Part shown: positions 18,795 through 22,905 of the stretch, in pieces
How positions within the stretch are numbered: the first letter of the stretch is position 1
Layout: each line of letters begins with the position of its first letter
Assembly: GCA_002269645.1 (NCBI GenBank)
Contig: NIVC01004367.1
Coordinates: 1 to 22,905, forward strand
Length of the DNA: 22,905 bases
Direction of reading: 5' to 3'
DNA from: Macrostomum lignano
Taxonomy: Eukaryota
The notes under the pieces: generated by a model
The model's input: only the letters and a program-made list of their open reading frames with translations
What the model was told of the DNA's origin: nothing
Databases searched by the model: none
Translations under genes and position numbers: made by a program

Positions 18795-19480
18795 TAGAGC
18801 TGTCACGAGATCTCGACGAGACAAGATTTAATACAAGATCTTGACATTTTTTCTCGTCTCGAGAAATCTCGAATTTTGTCAAGAAATTCGAGACGAGATT
18901 CAAGAATTTTTTTGATACCTTTTTTCAAAAGCTATGAAGTGATAAAATATAAAAGGGGAACAAATTTTCATATAAATACAACTGTTTGTTGTAACACGCT
19001 TGATAGGGCAATTTTCAAATGGTAAAATCTAGCCAATGTCGAGCAGTTATTTAACGAATGTCGTTATATACAAATTTGCATTGCATATGCGCTTTTTTAG
19101 TTATCATTTCAGTTCTGTAGCAAGGTGTATCATAGCAAACTTGAAGACAATCTACACAGGTCTTTTGACGAATTAGTAATAGACATAGTAGGGCCAAGGG
19201 CCTATATGCTACAAGCATAAATTCTTATGAATAAATAGCAAAGAATTTAAACTAGAATTAAGAAAGTATTCTAGAAAATCTAAAAAATATATTTTAGAAT
19301 TGTATCTTATCAAGAAATTTAAGACAAGATAAGGCAAGATAAGAGCAAGACAAGATGCAATTCTAAAATATATATTTTTTAGATTTACTTTGTCTGTTCG
19401 TCGTCTAAATTCTCGACTTAAAAGCCTTTCTCATCTCAAATCTCGTCTCAAATAAAAATCTCTTAATTTTGACAGCTCTA
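18795..19480. mobile_element. hAT-superfamily MITE, 686 bp
   Basis: 11-bp TIRs TAGAGCTGTCA (18795-18805) and TGACAGCTCTA (19470-19480). Perfect 8-bp TSD CTAATTTC at 18787-18794 and 19481-19488. Subterminal cgaga/tctcg repeats at both ends. No ORF. Confidence 0.92.
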
Positions 19481-20272
19481 CTAATTTCATTACATAAAAA
19501 CAAAAAATTATCTTCTAAATAACACCAAAACCAATACATTTGAATAAAAATCATTTAGTTATAATGCATTTGAACACAAAATTTAATTTTGCAAAAGTTC
19601 TGCTTTAGTTAGGCCCCTACTAAGTACTGAGTAATTTTTTCCATTGAAATTTATCAAAACTTGTCACTAAAATTCTTATATACTTTTCACTATCAATCAA
19701 TTTAATGAGGCCTAATTTGGAATACTGTTGATGACCTCTATCAATTTGGCAATGATGATAGTATCAAAATAAATAACTTTTAAAATCTCACTGGACAGCC
19801 TATTGTATAGGCATACATAGCCTTATGCAACTTTAATACAACTAAAATTTCTACATTACCCATTGCCACGAAATCCAAGTGAGAGCTTAATTTAGTAAAG
19901 TACACAAAGTAAAATGCAAGTTAACACGCGATTCTCTAATATCAGATATTAATAATCGAAACGCACACGGTAATTGGAGGGTACCGCGCGGTTACACTCA
20001 CTTCTCACAATTACTTACTAAATTGCGAAATTCGGAGATAGCAAGATTTAAACAAGCAACTCTAACATTTATTATTCGTACATTTGGATACTGAAAGTTA
20101 AGAACGATATAAAAAAATACACAAACAAGGTAAATCCATTTTGCCGTAAATTTCTTCAATTAATTTATATATTTTGTTGTTATACCGCGTATTAACGCAC
20201 AACTATTTTTCTTTAAGTGGGATTACAAGAAAGATAATAAAAACACTCGGTGGACCGCGATATAACACATAC

Positions 20273-20534
20273 CTTCCAGGCCGCCATCGGCGTTGACGTG
20301 GCCCCCAACTGCCGCTTGTGTTGCGATGGAGAGGAGACGGCGCGGCCCATCTGCTGATCTCCTGCCCCGCCCTGACTCCAACCGCTGCCGCCTCTGGGGG
20401 GCCAAGCCCGGAGCCCGCGGCAGTTTTCGAGAACTGCGTCGCGGTGTTAAACTTCCTCGGGAAGGCGGGCGCCGTCTGACGCCCGGTGCCATGGACCCTG
20501 GGCCGAGCGCGCCCGAAGAAGAAGAAGAAGAAAG
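20273..20534 (+). mobile_element. 5'-truncated non-LTR retrotransposon 3' end with (GAA)6 tail
   Basis: With one frameshift it encodes FQAAIGVDVAPNCRLCCDGEETA/AHLLISCPAL...VLNFLGKAGAV*, a CCHC knuckle typical of LINE ORF2 C-termini. (GAA)6 at 20515-20532. 10-bp TSD TAACACATAC at 20263-20272 and 20535-20544. Confidence 0.85.
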
Positions 20535-21189
20535 TAACACATACTGAATCACAAATTATAGGGTGTACCTATGTATACATGTACTGTATACAGAATCCAA
20601 TCTTCAGGCACTCAGCCTGGGATTTAAATGGAAATGACACGAAATGGCCGTGAATAATGTGGAGCGATAGTCGGATGCGTTTATCACTGCGCTATTCTGT
20701 CCCTGATTTTCTAGGTTTCTTTGCATGGAAGAGAAAACCTGTTCTTACATGTACATTTATTCATATCACAACGTTACTGTGGTACACGCATGCCCGCTGG
20801 AATTCACCTTACAGAGCGTCTCGGTTGCTTGGGGACGGACCAAGGGTGACTTGTTGGACAAAGAATAATCGAATAAAGTGCCGCATTCCATGCATGGTAA
20901 CTCGCTCGTCGCTGATCTCGACGACGGCCTGCTGCACAACAGACGACCATGCAGCCTGCATGTGCCGATCCTACGTATACTAACTATTCAAGCGAGTCTG
21001 TCAGTATCCAAGTCTTAGACGTTGTACAGCTAACGAAAGCAGCCCAAACATGCAGATCCTTGCGGACAGAACTAGACAGCAGAGGCAGAAAAACTGATAA
21101 TATCACGGAAACTCCGCGTTACCTGTTCGTCAGAGTCTCGGCAAAAAATTCAGCCCCATGCAATGTCGACCACCAGGCCGACATTCGCC

Positions 21190-21212
21190 ACAACAACAAC
21201 AACAACAACAAC
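21190..21212. repeat. (CAA)7 microsatellite at the 5' junction of the RNase H element
   Basis: Directly visible. Confidence 0.95.
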
Positions 21213-22143
21213 ACCCTTCCACCTTACCCGACGGCCACCCTGGGCCTCTCTTGTCGACCAACTGTTTCACCAACCTGCCAGACCTGGGAGCCACTCCGAC
21301 CGAACAAATTTTTGCAGCCATTGAGCAACGCTGCCCAGGTTCCTGCAACTACTACACGGATGGCTCGAACCGGAGGGGTCGAAAACGGCGGAGCCGCATG
21401 GACCCTCCTCGACCAAAAAGCACCATCCGTCGCTGCGGGCACGCAGCAGCGGGTCGCTGGTGCAACTCCTATGAAGCTGAATTAATGGCCATCAAGCTCG
21501 TCCTGGAAGACATTATCAGCTCCGAGCCGCGCCAAGCTGTCATTCTAACCGACAGCCAGAGCGCCATCGCCGCCATCAAAGCTGACCGTCCAACCCTCAA
21601 CCTGCGGCTTGAGCAAGTTAAAGATCTCCTCGCTACCGCAGCCATGCACACGAAGATTACCCTGCAATGAGTTCCGGGACATTCGGAGTGCCCGGAAACT
21701 GGTCGACGCGCAGAGGCCAAGCTCGCGGCCACCCTGCCTCAGGACGAGTCCGAAATATCCCTTGCAGCCGCTCAAGAGCGCATCCGTCATCATCTCAAGT
21801 ACCGCCCGACCCTTCAAGGGCACATGGCCGAGGTCTACGGTAAACCGATCTCCTTCCATCAGGGACCACGCCGCCAACAAATCCTCGTGGCGCAGGTCAG
21901 AGCAGGCCACTGCCCTGACTCCAACTACTATCGCAACCGCACAGGCATCACCGAAGGCGGCCCCTGCCGACTTTGCCTGGATGTCACGGACCAATTCCAC
22001 CTCTGTACCTGCCCTAAGCTCGAAGCAATTCGACGCAACATCGGCGTCACTAATCTGAGCGACTTTGCACGTGGTGATATGGTGGCGCAGCTCCTGGGAG
22101 CCGTCGACTGGCGGCCCCTGTGAGATGCTCACCGCACAACAAC

Positions 22144-22177
<34 letters not shown>

Positions 22178-22193
22178 ACAGCAACAACAGCAA
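21213..22193 (+). mobile_element. Decayed 5'-truncated non-LTR retrotransposon with RNase H domain, CCHC knuckle and (CAA)n tail
   Basis: RNase H motifs YYTDGS, SYEAELMAI, ILTDSQSAI and ITLQ*VPGH (TGA where W is expected), with several frameshifts. C-terminal VRAGH...PCRLCLDVTDQFHLCTCP, stop at 22121-22123, CAA-rich tail at 22137-22193. RNase H plus CCHC suggests an I/R1/Tad-type clade. Confidence 0.9.
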
Positions 22194-22905
22194 AATACGT
22201 TGTCAGCCCGTCGTCAAGCGCGTTAGATAACTTCACGGTGCGTTTCATGCAGCCCGAATCACATTTGGCCATAACCCGTGTGGGCACTGCTGCAATCAAG
22301 TCGTCCTTCCTGTACATATTTCTGCTTCTGTCTTAATTGTTACCGCAGTCAACTTTTGGAGACCCGTTTTCTCTCTACTTCGGAGTGGTGGGTATTAGAA
22401 TTGAGATTTTATGCAAATTATATACCCCTTGATTCTACAGCCGTCAATTTCATCATTCATTAAAAAATGTGTGGACACACATGTACCAATGCGCTGTTTA
22501 TTAGACACGTACGCAAGAATTATTGTTTTCCATTTACGAAAAGGTTCCTTTCCTCTCATAAACATTTTTTGGAAAACATCTTTTTCGACAGGTAAAGTAA
22601 CTGTCTGCAAACTATCGATTTGCATGAATAATTATAATATATTTGCATTTTTTGCAATTCATTTTGCACTAAGCATTTGATACCGACACATTTACTAGGT
22701 TGCACACGCTGTACCGCCTGTACCGTACACGAGCGCAGGTATTTAATGTACGATTGATACATGTACAGCACAGACAGGCGGCAAACATCATTATAACAAA
22801 TGAATGCTAACACTTTCATAGCAAAAGTACTATTTGTACGAGTTATTTTATAACAAAGGAGACAGTGCGATCGATTTAGCAGTAATTCGCTAAAAGTTCA
22901 GAAAA

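Noticed and set aside
20223-20552. 109-aa minus-strand ORF as RPB2 exon 1
   Set aside because: It is the antisense of a TSD-bounded LINE fragment and has no RPB2 similarity.

Overview
Eukaryotic (animal-like, probably invertebrate) genomic DNA. The core is an intact, spliced minus-strand gene for the second-largest subunit of RNA polymerase II (RPB2/POLR2B, about 1180-1200 aa) at 5195-13274. All six of its large introns contain a minisatellite array, which fills most of the intron. To its left are a probable TIR element with a decayed ORF (1-1863), the last exon of a plus-strand gene that resembles a SAM-dependent methyltransferase (1945-2217), and a young full-length DD34D mariner (2364-3668). 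Upstream of RPB2 lies an AT-rich block of about 6.5 kb, extremely CpG-depleted over its first ~4.4 kb, with transposon relics: a nested palindromic element pair and a hAT MITE with a perfect 8-bp TSD. Two 5'-truncated non-LTR retrotransposon fragments follow, with (GAA)n and (CAA)n tails. GC-rich exons, minisatellite-filled introns and AT-rich intergenic DNA remind me of Macrostomum-type flatworm genomes, but that is only a guess. I found no rRNA, tRNA, CRISPR array or prokaryotic system. I cannot establish a new biological system from sequence alone. The best leads are the intron-specific minisatellites carrying splicing-signal-like motifs, the sharp CpG-decay domain, the methyltransferase-like exon and a LINE bracketed by (CAA)n. 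All coordinates and counts were made by eye.
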